Below, piece after piece: positions 47,501-57,799 of a DNA stretch of 64,000 bases. The position numbers and the translations under genes are program-made. Origin of the DNA: Vicugna vicugna. Taxonomy: Eukaryota. Each line of letters opens with the position of its first letter. Positions within the stretch are counted from its first letter, which is position 1. Below the pieces are notes generated by a model. It did not search any database. It had not been told where the DNA came from and worked only from the letters and a program-made list of their open reading frames with translations. Where the stretch lies: positions 434,001 through 498,000 of the forward strand of contig MU062317.1 of NCBI GenBank assembly GCA_013265495.1. The letters run 5' to 3'.

Positions 47501-50500
47501 AGAAGCTAGCAAACCGGTGTCCTCTGTGCCACGAGAATTTCAGCCCTGGAGAAGAGGTGCGGGGCCTGTTTGGGGGTGGACCCAGCCCAGGGGCGACCAC
47601 GAGGATGGCGGGCGCCCGGGGAGTGGACGGGCTCTGCCCCCACCTCGCCAGGCTCTCTGGCCGGTTCAGCTCTAGTGTCTCTCGGAGGCGCCCCACCTCC
47701 TGGGGTAGTAGCGTGAGTGGTTTGGTTTTCCCAGGCCTGGCCTTCATCGCCGAGCCGGGGCCTCACTGGCATCTTGGCCAGATTCCATAACACTCTGGCC
47801 CCTCTTGACAGCTAAAGCCGAGCCCAGGCCAGTCTGGAAACTCCATCTTGTGTCTGGTCCCTGGTGCTCCCCGCCCCAGCCTGACATCGCAGGGTCTCCC
47901 TCTCCCACCTCTGCCTTCATGTGCCCGTCCTCGGCATCAGGGGTGATGGCTGTTCTGGCTCACATGTCAGCGGCGCCCTGCTCTGTGTGCCCGCAGGGGA
48001 TGCCGAGCCCCATGGGGCCCGTAGTGGCTCAGCTCCCAGGACCCTGCCTCTGCCACCCACCTGCCGCATCTGGCCTCTGCTCTCTGGTCCCAGCCCAGCA
48101 GGTGGTGCAGACCAGCCCGTGGCTTTCTCCTGACACAGACTCGTGCCCAACGTGGGGCCGGGCACCCATCCCTCCAGCCCTCCCGCTGTCCTGGCTCATC
48201 CTCTCTGCCCCTTCTCAGAGAATGTCAAGTACCCAACAGAGAAGCAGGGGACCCGCACATCCCCACCCTCCACGTGTAGCTGTCTGCTCACCGCCAGCCT
48301 GGCCTCATGTGGGGCCCTGGTCACCTGCTCCCCAGACAGCGTGTCCTGTTACCTCACGCCCTGGAAGGACTTGTCCCGTAGCCGCAGCAGCATCCGCCCA
48401 GCTCCCCAGACAGTGCCCCCCGGGCCAGGGACCGCACAGTGCTGATCTGTTCAGCGGCACCTGGACGAGGCCCCAGGGGGTGGCTGATGGCTCTCACAGT
48501 GTCTTCCTTCCCACAGGGAGGGAGGTGTCTGTCCCGTGGGGGCTCCTTGTTGGATCTAGAGGCTGGGTCAGATACAGGGCTGAGTTATCAGTTTCCCCTG
48601 TGGTCACTTCATGGATGGCCATGGGTCCTTCCCCGAGGAGGCAGGGATGTGTGACTCTCGAGGCTCGATCGTGACCTCATCGGGGCTGCAGGGTCCAAAC
48701 GCCCCAGCACTGCCCCACCGCCTTCATCGGTGGCTAGAATGCTTCTTTAAGCAGAAAGGTGTCCCCTCTGCCCTTGGGTCCCCAGGCCAGGCTGTGTGGG
48801 GGGAGCACAAGGGGGCCGTCCAGTTCTCTCCCACTGTTTACGGGTTTTCAGACTCACAGGCTGGGTCCCCGGTATCTTCCAGTGGGAGCGTACTTGCCCA
48901 GGTCTTAGTATCGGCATGAAATCACGGATTCAAGCTCTGGATGTGTTCAGTCATCGCAGTCACCTGCTTAGTGATGGTGGATTATCCACCTCAGGCCGGT
49001 GTCGCCCCTTCAGAAGGGCCCCCGGCATTGCTGACGGCCCCGGCGGACCTGAGCTTCCCGCTTTCTGGTGTGAACAGGGGCCTGGCTGAGCCTTCCGTCC
49101 CTGCGCCCGGCCTGGGACCAGCCCCTTCTTCACGGGGGCCTGGATCCCAGCTCCCTCCAGGGAGGTGACAGTCCAGGCCCCCCGGGTGCTCCTCGCTCCG
49201 AGGTCATCGCCGTTCTAGGGCTCTCAGTGGTCGGAGCCGGGGAAGCGTGGAGAGGAACACCTCCAAGACCCTGCCGGCACTTCCAGTTCAGAGTCGGAGC
49301 TGCACGGGTCTCCGCCCCGTCCGTGTCACCTCTGCGTCTCCTCCTGAGAAGTTAGAGTCGGAGTCTCAGGCATGGCCGACCTCCTGGGACAGTCTCAGGA
49401 CGGCAGCGCTGGCGCCACCCGCCGGGACGGCCAGGGGACATGAGCCTTCCCCGCCCCTTGTCCTTCCCGGGCGCCCCTCAGCAGTCCCCGGAGTCGCTCT
49501 GCTCGGTCTGGCACCAACCGCGGGGCCTTTCGGCTTCGTTGTTTCATTTTACGGTCAAGTTTTAGGGGGTTTTAAAAATCAAGTTCTATAATTATTTAAA
49601 ATATTTACATGGTTCCCGAGTCTATAAAACGAAGCGCCTTCAGAGAAGGCCCCACAGAAGCTGCGGCCCTGCCCGGCGCACCGCCCTCCTCGCGCAGGAC
49701 GGGCTTCAGACTGTTCGGCCTTTTTAGAGAAGAATGTGAGCAGCCCTCAAGCCTCCTCCACCCCGGCTGGGCCCCTGCGGCGACTGCCACCCTCCCGCTC
49801 TTCTGTTACACAAGGCCAGCCCCTCCCCCAGAGACCCAGTGGGTCCCCTTGCTGAACTCCCATCCCCGCCTCCCGCCCCCAGCGTCCGCCTTGACTGGGC
49901 GGCGTCTGGCCCCCAGCAAACAGCCACGAGGCGCTGGCGCTGCTCTCCGTCCCTCCGCGTTCTCCGTGTCTCTTAGCAAAGCGCCACACGCTCGCTGGGC
50001 GGCGGAAACATCCGTCTGCTCGCTCAGTTTCTGAGTTGAGAGTCCCGGCACAGCCTGACCGGGCCCTCTGCTCAGGGTCTCACCAGGCAGCACTGGGTGT
50101 CGGCCGGGCTGCGTCCCTGTCCGAGGGCTGGACCGGGGAAGGAGCCACTTCCCAGCTCCTCCCGGCGTTGCCAGAGCTCCCTTCATCACTGTAGGACCAC
50201 AGTCTGTCTCCTTGCTGGCTGTGCAGCAGGGCCACCCTCAGCACCGCTGCCCTGCGCCCCGGCCTGTGTGCCCCTGAACCGCCGTCACACACCCACGCAC
50301 CTCGGCGGAGCAGTCCTAGCCTGCTGTGCCCAGTGGCAGTGAGGTCCAGGGGATGTGAAACAGGCCAGCCGTCTTGCGAGACTGGGTGCTTCCCGGGCGC
50401 ACCTGCCCGGCGGGCTCGGAGATGGGGAGCAGGCAGACTCAGGACCCACACAGAGTTTGGCGCTACTCCCGCAGCTGCGGCGCGTGGCTCCCTCTGGCTT

Positions 50501-51602
50501 CACTGTCTTGGTGGCCCTGCTGCTGGCCTGATGGCTGCCCCATGTGCCTCTCTCTTTCAGGCATGGAAGGTGCACCTGATGGGCCCTGCCGGCTGCACAA
50601 TGAACCTGCGCCGGACGCACGTGCTGCACAAGGCCCCCGCGCCACCGCCAGGTGAGGCGGCCTGCCCCCACGCCGCTGGGCCCTTGCAGCCACCAAGCCT
50701 GTCCCCGCCCCAGCGCTTGCCGAAGGCCCTTCTTTGTGACCGTGCTTTTTCCCGGGCTCTGTGGTGGTGTTCACGGAGCTGACAAACCAAACCGTGGGCC
50801 TCCCAGGGGCGCACACCCTGGTTCTCCGTGTCCTTCCACATGGCCAGCTTGAGTGTTCAAAGACACGAGGCTCAGTAGCAGGCCCACGGGTGACAGCACC
50901 GCCTGACCTCGAGGTCCCCACTGCAGCTGCTCTATGTCGGGCTGGGACGCCTTCCAGGAAAATGAGTTTTCATTGCAAAGTTATTCTTGACCTGGAAGAC
51001 GGGGGGCGCACAGCTGTGCCTCGGGCGTGCGTCAGCGGGAGAACAGGGGACAGGTCTTGTGCTCTGCGGGTGCCGGTCCCCGCGGCCCCTCAGGAGGAGC
51101 GCCCGGCGCGTCAGCGAGCCCCGCTCACCTCGGGAGCTGAGTGTCTGAAGCTGATCATTAGGAAACGGGCATTTCTGTTTTCCTTTCCCACCTCAGGCTT
51201 CTTCTCTGGGCTCTCTCCCTCCTCTTCTGAGTCCCACATGCAACTTACCGTGTGGCCAGCACGGCGCCCCCAGCCGGGGCCTGCCTGGCCGGTTCCCTGG
51301 CAGCTGAGTGACCGCCGGGTGCGGTGCTGACCCCGTGGGTTCCGGCCAAGCCCAGTGGGAGCGTCACACCCCTGGTGCCCCCCCGCCTGCCCAGCGTCAG
51401 CAGCGCCGGACCACTCGGACCGTGGCTGACCCCCGTCCGTCTTCCCCCGACACAGTGCCCGTGTTCTCTCCATGTGTCCACTGCAGGGAAAGGCCCAGCC
51501 ACGAGCACCGTGGGGACCTCGGGGTCAAAAGTCGGCAGCAAGATCCCGACACCCAGGGGGGGCCTGAGGAGAGGCTCGGGCAGGACATTCACAAAGCGGT
51601 GA
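23464..51602 (+). CDS. CEP104: Centrosomal protein of 104 kDa, complete; 21 coding exons; 925 aa (exon-15 GC donor after 43143) or 930 aa (GT donor after 43158)
   Basis: join(23464..23576,27821..27994,28383..28521,30068..30130,30435..30511,33116..33284,33530..33685,34470..34697,35991..36188,36686..36853,37450..37623,39210..39386,42489..42695,43036..43158,44931..44967,45185..45251,45583..45691,47196..47334,47489..47556,50561..50651,51487..51602). Frame stays open. MPHKIGFVVVSSSGHED jelly-roll, coiled coil, TOG domain, four C2HC zinc fingers and the C-terminal SKIP (SxIP) EB-binding motif are present. Confidence 0.96.
25308..25395 (+). mobile_element. tRNA-derived SINE (Vic-1-like)
   Basis: agctcagtggcagagcacacactcagcacgcacggagtcctgggttcaatccccagcacctccatt plus poly(A). 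Confidence 0.85.
27821..27994 (+). CDS. CEP104: CEP104 exon 3
   Basis: FCQFPQEIVLQMVERC..AERFRRLG; tttcag| acceptor, |gtgagg donor. Confidence 0.95.
28383..28521 (+). CDS. CEP104: CEP104 exon 4
   Basis: YVSLCDNEKTGCKARELKSVYVDAVGQF..YNVYNQ. Confidence 0.95.
30068..30130 (+). CDS. CEP104: CEP104 exon 5
   Basis: VALVAINIIGDPADVGDESDV; donor |gtaagt. Confidence 0.93.
30435..30511 (+). CDS. CEP104: CEP104 exon 6
   Basis: ASREKLIDHYLGHSTEDPALEGTCT; donor |gtaagc. Confidence 0.93.
33116..33284 (+). CDS. CEP104: CEP104 exon 7
   Basis: KSDYISPLDDLAFDMYQDPEVAQIIRKLDERK..ADLQK. Confidence 0.95.
33530..33685 (+). CDS. CEP104: CEP104 exon 8
   Basis: VGERLGRFEVEKRCAVEKEDYDLAKEKKQQ..LLDAEL. Confidence 0.94.
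34470..34697 (+). CDS. CEP104: CEP104 exon 9
   Basis: MRRPLDLPLQPL..PFLQEKP..TDPPPKTQ; donor CAG|GTTGGT. Confidence 0.9.
35599..35755 (-). mobile_element. tRNA-derived SINE (Vic-1-like), minus strand
   Basis: ggggattgaacccaggacctcgtgcatgctaagcacaccctctacccctgagct is the reverse complement of the same family; T-rich tail on the left. Confidence 0.85.
35991..36188 (+). CDS. CEP104: CEP104 exon 10
   Basis: PESLPYDERPLPAI..EPEPLTEKALREASSAVDVLGEAL. Confidence 0.95.
36686..36853 (+). CDS. CEP104: CEP104 exon 11
   Basis: VAGAYSRSWSHREGALL..LKNTLRASIFLIRRAIRDIVTP. Confidence 0.95.
37450..37623 (+). CDS. CEP104: CEP104 exon 12
   Basis: VFQASLKLLKMIITQYIPKHKLSKLETAHCVERT..NFIQ. Confidence 0.95.
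39210..39386 (+). CDS. CEP104: CEP104 exon 13
   Basis: EMALCKEVRSLQIIPAYLVQPLK..GFTVDSVMK. Confidence 0.95.
42489..42695 (+). CDS. CEP104: CEP104 exon 14
   Basis: FSARALEHRVPEVREAAVRLIL..LYKTIFEGFAKIDGRPTDAEIR; donor |gtaagt. Confidence 0.94.
43036..43158 (+). CDS. CEP104: CEP104 exon 15 (3' end uncertain: 43143 or 43158)
   Basis: AQKRVATGEAEKRKKEEMTALQGQ..ELQAQAQ(ARAGQ); CAG|GCCCGG at 43144 or CAG|GTCAGG at 43159. Confidence 0.85.
44340..44730. mobile_element. L2-like remnant (tentative)
   Basis: purine-rich ..gctgagacgtctgtgtcatcggcgcagagatgggtgtcaactgagg..gggtgagag.. resembles the L2 3' region. Confidence 0.35.
44931..44967 (+). CDS. CEP104: CEP104 exon 16 (37 nt)
   Basis: EKESEAAKAQDP; gtcttag| acceptor, |gtacgt donor. 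Confidence 0.88.
45185..45251 (+). CDS. CEP104: CEP104 exon 17 (67 nt)
   Basis: DTPEGKAAPPSAPEIPDSRYLDN; strong polypyrimidine acceptor, |gtgagt donor. Confidence 0.9.
45583..45691 (+). CDS. CEP104: CEP104 exon 18 (ZnF1 and start of ZnF2)
   Basis: LCIFCGERSESFTEEGLDLHYWKHCLMLTRCDHCRQ. Confidence 0.96.
47196..47334 (+). CDS. CEP104: CEP104 exon 19
   Basis: VVEICSLTEHLLTECDKK..KCHRCSEAV..RHIKAKDCN. Confidence 0.95.
47489..47556 (+). CDS. CEP104: CEP104 exon 20
   Basis: PAKPEKLANRCPLCHENFSPGEE. Confidence 0.95.
50561..50651 (+). CDS. CEP104: CEP104 exon 21
   Basis: AWKVHLMGPAGCTMNLRRTHVLHKAPAPPP. Confidence 0.95.
51487..51602 (+). CDS. CEP104: CEP104 exon 22 (coding part)
   Basis: GKGPATSTVGTSGSKVGSKIPTPRGGLRRGSGRTFTKR*; SKIP motif; TGA 51600-51602. 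Confidence 0.94.
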
Positions 51603-53395
51603 CACCGAGGGCACCGAGCCACCTCCCGACCTGACCACACCCCGTCTCCTGAAGGCCACCTCTGGGTGTGGCGACCCCGCACTCCACCCCTGCTGCCCTG
51701 GACTCCTGCCACGCTGTCCTCACTGTGGGCGCCCGTGTGGAGCCGAGCCAAGAGCCCGCGTCCAGAGTCCGGCCCTGCCCTCACTGTCGCTCTGGCCATC
51801 AGGTTTCCCCCTTTCTTGGGTCTCAGGCCCAGTGTCGGTGCCAGAGCGACGCTCTGTTCGACGAGGATCCGGAGCCATTGCCCCAGTCGCGCGCTGCCCA
51901 GGCGCCACTCACCCCGGGTGCAGGGGCCTGGTGTGAGCACAGCGCCCCTCCCTCCGCGGCTTGGAGCGTTTCCCATAAAAACCCCGCTGCGCACCCTTCC
52001 TATATCGGTCTCTCTGGCCCGTGGTAGCAGGTCCGCAGGGCACCGAGCCCCGAGCCCCGCAGGGCAGCAGACCCCACATTGTCCACGGCAGGAGAACTAA
52101 GGTCAAGACCGCAGCCCTCAGTACGGCCCCCTCGCTCCCCCTGGCCAGATGCTCATGAGGGTCTCTGCCCACCTGGCCCCACCCCTGCCGGCCCCCTCAG
52201 GGATCTGGGGTAACACCGGCGGCTCCACGCCAGGCCCCTCCTGGGGTGCTTCCAGTCCTTCACACGCACGAAGCCCTAAAGAACATGCAACGCCCTGCCG
52301 CTGACTGCCCGGCGCTCGCCTGGGCGTGTCGGTCACGGCAGACGGAGCAGGCCCAGCACCTGCTCGCCTGCCACCCTGTCCCGCCCAGATCCGAGCTGGA
52401 ATTAAACTGCAAGTTCACTTTCCTTGAACACTTCGCATGACACTCTAACACCAAAAACCACTTCAAATGATGAAACCAAACCTCCAAATCCAGCCTCCTA
52501 ACCAGCTCCTGATCCACCATCCCGTCCCGTGGAACTGGTTCAACTTGCTTCACATCCGGGTAGCTGCAGAGAAAAGCCAGCCTGTGTCCGAAACTTGCCG
52601 TCCATGCCTGTGGTCCCCAGGGGCCCCCTCCACCAGAGACCGGAGGAAGCTGGCCCTCCCCACCCCACCCCGTGCCCAGAGGTGGGCCTCCCTCCTGAGC
52701 GTCACGGGGCTCGGGGACACAAACATGGGGTCGGTGACTCCCAGGCTACACCATTGGTGGATGAGAAGCTTTCATTCCCATCCATGTGAAATAACAAAAC
52801 CTATTTTTTAAAAAATTAATAGCTATTTAAGCAAGGTATTCCCTGGGTATGTTAGTGACCATAAATTTGCACTAATCAATCTCCATTTTTGGTAAAATAG
52901 TATCTCTCATATGGTTGACTCAAAACACTGAGCAAGAATGTGACTGACTAAGAATTCCCTTCAAAACTGTACTCAGTTTAAAAGCATGGGGGAGAAGGGA
53001 ACACTGCACCAGAGCAGAGGACGGACGCCAGAACAGTTACAGAGTGACACTTCCTGGTCTCAGAAAGGTGCTCCTCGATCCTCTAACCCGTTGCTGAGGC
53101 AAAGAGAAAACACTTGTTTACATAGAACAATGAGGATAGGTAGCCAAGAAATTATTCTTTTCTCTCCAGTCAGAACTTCCCAGAAATATATACGGTATGT
53201 TTTCTATGTATTGTAACTTGAAGATATTTGTAAAAATACTTAATTTTTAGTGATTGACAAACAAAATCGAGTGCACTTAAAGCAGATTAGCCCTGCTGCT
53301 TACAGAAGAACCATGTGTTTACGTTCAGATGATTACCGGCAGAGATTAGTGTCTGTTAAAAGCTTTACAGGGTGCAGTACTATTAAGGAACCAGG

Positions 53396-53810
53396 AATAA
53401 AGGGTAAGAAGTGAAAAAGGCCCTGTAAGCTCCCTTGGCCGTTCGTGAATAAATATCTAAACTCGGAACAGTAATTAATAACAAATTTCATTCAGGAATT
53501 TGTCATCAATATTTAACACTATTTATTTTTATTATTTATACTTCAAAATATTCTATCAGTCTAACTTAAAAGAACTGTATCTATAAATTTGGCATTAGAA
53601 TACAAATGTAAATACTCCATGAAAATTTACAGCTTTTTAATGTTTTAACATCATTTTCTATTTGTCTTTATTTCAGGTACCAGAATTATCAAATAAGTAA
53701 TATATTTTTGCTGTTATTTTAGGGTTTAGGGGTTAATTCACCTGAGCATATTAAAATAATAAAAAGATTACTAAATGTTTTGTCGCTTTTATTTTTAGAT
53801 CATGATTAAA
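53396..53810 (+). terminator. Cluster of candidate CEP104 polyadenylation signals
   Basis: AATAAA at 53396, 53448 and 53758, ATTAAA at 53805, in an AT-rich island. The 53758 site is followed by a U/GU-rich tract. Confidence 0.55.
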
Positions 53811-54299
53811 AAGCAGTTCGTAAATGACATTGACTTCCGTCAACACGCAGGTGTAGCCCAGGCCGGAAGCGTCAGAGAACTGCTGAGATTTGCTGGGAAA
53901 AGGGCAGAGGGTGTGAAGTCGCTCTGAGAGAGTTTGGTTCCTAAAATAAGATGGGTTTACTGCTGAAGAAGCTAAAAGATTTTAAGCTATCTACAAATTA
54001 AACTAGTGACCAGTTTTACCCTGTGGAATAAAATGAGAAGTTTATAAATGCTCTAACTGTGCCCCGGAGAGGTTCACACATTATAGTCCCTCTGCTTTTT
54101 CCCCTTTGAGAGCGGGTACTGGTACCTGCCAACAGGGCTGTTTCGTTCCTCAAATGAGTAAAAGATACAGTACCTTCTCTGGTTCACAGAGTGGTTTCAA
54201 GCTTTTATCAGCTTTAAAGATTTTATGCTTGTTTCCATTTTGAAATTATCATGCAGTGTTCCCTTTACACAAATACGCATATTAACGTAGCAGCGTTAC

Positions 54300-54950
54300 A
54301 GTTAAACGGCAGGAACCAAGCGCAGCGCCGCCGCCGCCTCGCGGCCGACGCACCGAGGCTCCCCGTGTGCGTCGCGCAGCGCGCTGCTCGTTCGTGCCGC
54401 CGCTTTTTTGCTCTTGGAAACTAGATTCGTTCTTAAACACAAGGACCTGCCGGGGCGAAGTGCCGCCCGCAGCCCCGCGAGCGCCGCGGCCGGCGTGTCG
54501 GCCCCGCGGCAGCGCAGCTCTGGGCAGGCCTGGGCCCCCCCACCCCGGGCCGCGGCCACCGGCCAGGCCCGCTGCCGGACAGGAGGGCCGCTACCACAGC
54601 GCGGCGACCCCGCGGGGCGTCCTGGAGCCCCCAAGGGGCTGCAGGGCGGCTGCTCTCTCTCGCCCCCCGTCGCAGGCCAGGAAGTCAGGCAGCGCGCACG
54701 GCCTCACCCCCGAGGGCGGCGCCCGGCCGTGACCCCTGAGCTCGGCAGCCCGCCCCCCGGGGGACCGCGCAGGGGCGGGCGCGGGAGGACAGTGGGCGCA
54801 GCGCGGCTCCGCCTGCTCCCTCCTCCGTGGACTGGAGCTCGGGGAGGCACTGAGGCCCGGCTCCCGCGACGCGTCCTCTGCGCAAGCACAGCCGCCCCAC
54901 CGTGGACCGTTCCAGCCCAGGCAGCCTCCCTCCCTCGTCTCAGGCGGGCA
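54300..54950. promoter_or_regulatory. Orphan CpG-island-like element between CEP104 and LRRC47
   Basis: Abrupt switch from the AT-rich 3' region to CpG-dense sequence with GC boxes; no recognisable coding exon. Confidence 0.6.
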
Positions 54951-55589
54951 GATGCCGGGCCAACGGGGGAGTGAGACTGGAGGCGGGGGGCCCTCCACCT
55001 GCCGACGGCCCCCAAATTCCCCCCAAGCTTCCTTCCAGCCTCTGGGGTCCCCGGGTGCCTCCTGGGAGGGTGAGTGCGGGCCCCTCCCCGTCGAGACGTC
55101 CCTGCAGGGGAAGTGGGGAGCGAGGCTGGACTCCAAGCAGCAGGGTGGGGGTGCCTTGTGGGCACCGCACGTTTCATGACCCCTGTCCTCTCCCCAGGAG
55201 TGTCCTGCCGTCGCCTCCACACCAGTCACCTCCTCCCTGGGGCCTCCCGGTGTCCTGGGACCAGGCCTGGAGAGGGAGGGGGGCGGTGTCTCGCCGGAAG
55301 TGGGGTCGTTGCTGGAACCATCGCTAGGGTTCCAGATGCAGACCTTTCTCTCCCTGAGTGGGGGAAGGAGACAATGCTCGGGGTGCAGGGATCCTGAATC
55401 AGATTACCCCGGAGGTGGGGACAGAGGCGGGAGGGCACGCACTGCAGGTGCCCGGGGTCTTGGGCTCCCAGCCTCAACCGGGTGGGGACATGGTCAGGAC
55501 ATGTGCGAGCAGGGACAGCGATGGGGCCTAGCACTGGGCGGTGGCGCTGGGGTCCAGCTGCACTGTCCCCAGCGTTGACTTTTGCCATC

Positions 55590-55840
55590 CTCACGGATTC
55601 GCCACACGTGAATGTATCCCTCAGTGACGTAACCTTGAGTCTGACCTAACTTGATGCCTGTGGACGGAATCACACTGCTCGTTTCCTGCTGACTTGCTCG
55701 TCTCCGCTGTGACCCTGACCCTCATTCATGCTGCTGGGGCCACGTCGTCATCCGCTTTCAGAAACGTCGCAGTTTTCTTTTCCATCCGCCTGTCGGTGGA
55801 CATCAGCTGTTTCCACTGCTGGCTACTGTAAAACTAGCAA
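55590..55840 (-). mobile_element. Ancient LINE-1 3' fragment
   Basis: cattcatgctgctg..ccatccgcctgtcggtggacatcagctgtttccactgctggctactgtaaa, typical of antisense L1M. Confidence 0.6.
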
Positions 55841-56714
55841 TCTTCTTAGAGCCCGTCAGGATCGGTACATAACTGTATGAGCCATTGGACAGCGGCCCAG
55901 AAATCCACTCCAGAGAAACAGGAGGCAAGAAGATACACAGATCCAGGAACTGAAAGCCACAGGTGTTACACACGTGCTACTTTCTCCCAAGAAATCTCTG
56001 AGGAGATCCAAGGTTCTTTTGAATGGGGTGCGGCTCAGAAAGGGCAGGTGGAAGAAGTCTCAGCCCCACTCTCGCTGCTCCAGGCACGGCCTCAGGACAC
56101 TGGCTGCTTGCCCTTTGCAGATGGAACTGGTCACAGCAGCAACCAAGACAAACATCCAGCGTTCCTGTGGGGTCACGGGGGGTGACGGGGGCGAAGTCAG
56201 GGCAGCACCAAGGCCCTGCTGGAAATAAATATGGTACATTCACAGCTTTCCTATGACCCATCCACAGGTGCCTCCCACGCATGGATGGTCCTGCAGGCAT
56301 AAGGTTGAGCAAAGGAAACCAGGCACCACGGAGCTGGCCCTGCACACCATACAGGAGGTGCAAAAACCAGCAAAACTAGTCCACGGTGTGGGGGGACAAG
56401 GGGTGCGGGGGGACGGGTGAGCACCTGCTTCTGTCACGTGTGTTGGCTGCACGGGTGTTTTCTGTCTGGAGGAAGTTCACAACCAGGTGTGCACACTCTT
56501 CTGGATGTGTACTGCCCTTCAATACAAGTTTGGAAATTTCAAAACAAAACAACCGGAAACCCTGCTGGGGTGAGTAGTTTATGAAAACAGGCAGAGAGAA
56601 CAAGGGAGCTGATCTAAGCGTTCATTCCTCCAACCCTTCTCCTCCTAACACCTCTGGGGAGTGGATCCCAACACGGGAAGACTGCCTGACCCAAGCAGTT
56701 TCTCAGCCTCGCCT

Positions 56715-56830
56715 ACCCAGCAGGAACACCGGGGGGTGCTGCTAAAAATCCCACACCCAGACTATCAGGCCAGTCTCCAGACAAGGGACTGGGCATCAGT
56801 CACTTGTAATTTCCTGGAGACTCCAATACA
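56715..56830. mobile_element. MER5-like remnant
   Basis: gaacaccggggggtgctgctaaaaatccca..gggactgggcatcagt..tttcctggagactccaat. Confidence 0.45.
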
Positions 56831-56954
56831 CAAACTACTAATCTGGAAAAGAAAAAAAAATTTTTTTTTTGCACTGGATGCTTGTTAAAAACAGCAAGGA
56901 AGACTTAACCTAAGACTTGCAATAGGGGAGCATGAACTCAACTCGGAATACATA

Positions 56955-57426
56955 TGTGAACAAAAAGTACTGCAAACCGTATCAGTAAACAAAGCCATCA
57001 AGTTATCAGCCGCTGCCACCCCCCCCCCCCACTGGAGACCAGCCTGCAGCCCGGCCTCTGCAGCCACTCACAGTGGTGCCCTCGGAGGGGACTCAGAACA
57101 AGAAAGGACAGGATACTGGCCCTAGACAGCGAGGTGCTTGTCAAAGGAATGAATTCAATGAGCCCACATGTTTGCTTCCTCCCATACATAGAAAAGCACT
57201 AAATTCCTTAACTTGAGATACCTGGCTTTCTTTAGATAACAAGCAATCTTTTACTGTTCCATCTACCTGGTCTGTGTTGTAAAGCTCCTATATATCCTGG
57301 CTCCTCCCCTACCTCTTCGGAGCAGCCCCTCAGAGCCATCTGAGGGGCTGCCATCCCGGCTCGAGTCCTCCCACCAGATAAAACATAGCTCTCAACTTTT
57401 AGGCTGCTCATTTATTTCAGTCGACA
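56955..57426 (+). mobile_element. Solo ERV1-type LTR (about 470 bp), inserted among older LTR fragments
   Basis: Starts TGTGAAC and ends ..aaacatagctctcaacttttaggctgctcatttatttcagtcgaCA. TATA-like ctcctatatat at 57289-57295 and a gataaa polyA-like signal near 57378. No TSD recognised. Confidence 0.75.
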
Positions 57427-57799
57427 GAGGTTTACGGCCACAGGGCAGATGGGGCCAGTGGGTGGAAAATTACTGAAAGGTGCCTGGTTAGGTTTTCAAG
57501 GGTAGCGGAATACGCCACCCCGAAGCGTGCCTCCGAGTTCAGATCACACGACCGCAAAACATGACAGTCCAACACACTGACTTCTGAGCTGTGTGCTCTT
57601 GAAAACCAGCCCACGCAGGGAGCGGTCTGGGGAACTGCCCCCCCGTCTGCCGACAGACCCCCTCAAGGGCACTCGGTCGTCACAGGGCCCCCGGGGAGCC
57701 TCGCCTCCCCGGGAAGACGGGCTCACCGCCGGGAGGCTGCGCGACCTGCACCCTGCATCTCACCCCGTACTCCGCGCGTCCTCCTGGACCCTCCCCTCC

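Noticed and set aside
46743-48674. 334-aa (-) and 289-aa (+) ORFs in CEP104 introns 18-20
   Set aside because: Expected by chance in about 65% GC sequence; no homology recalled and no consistent splice or start context.
54302-55330. Overlapping 110-212 aa ORFs in the orphan CpG island
   Set aside because: Low-complexity Arg/Pro/Gly/Ala content in all frames, typical of CpG islands.
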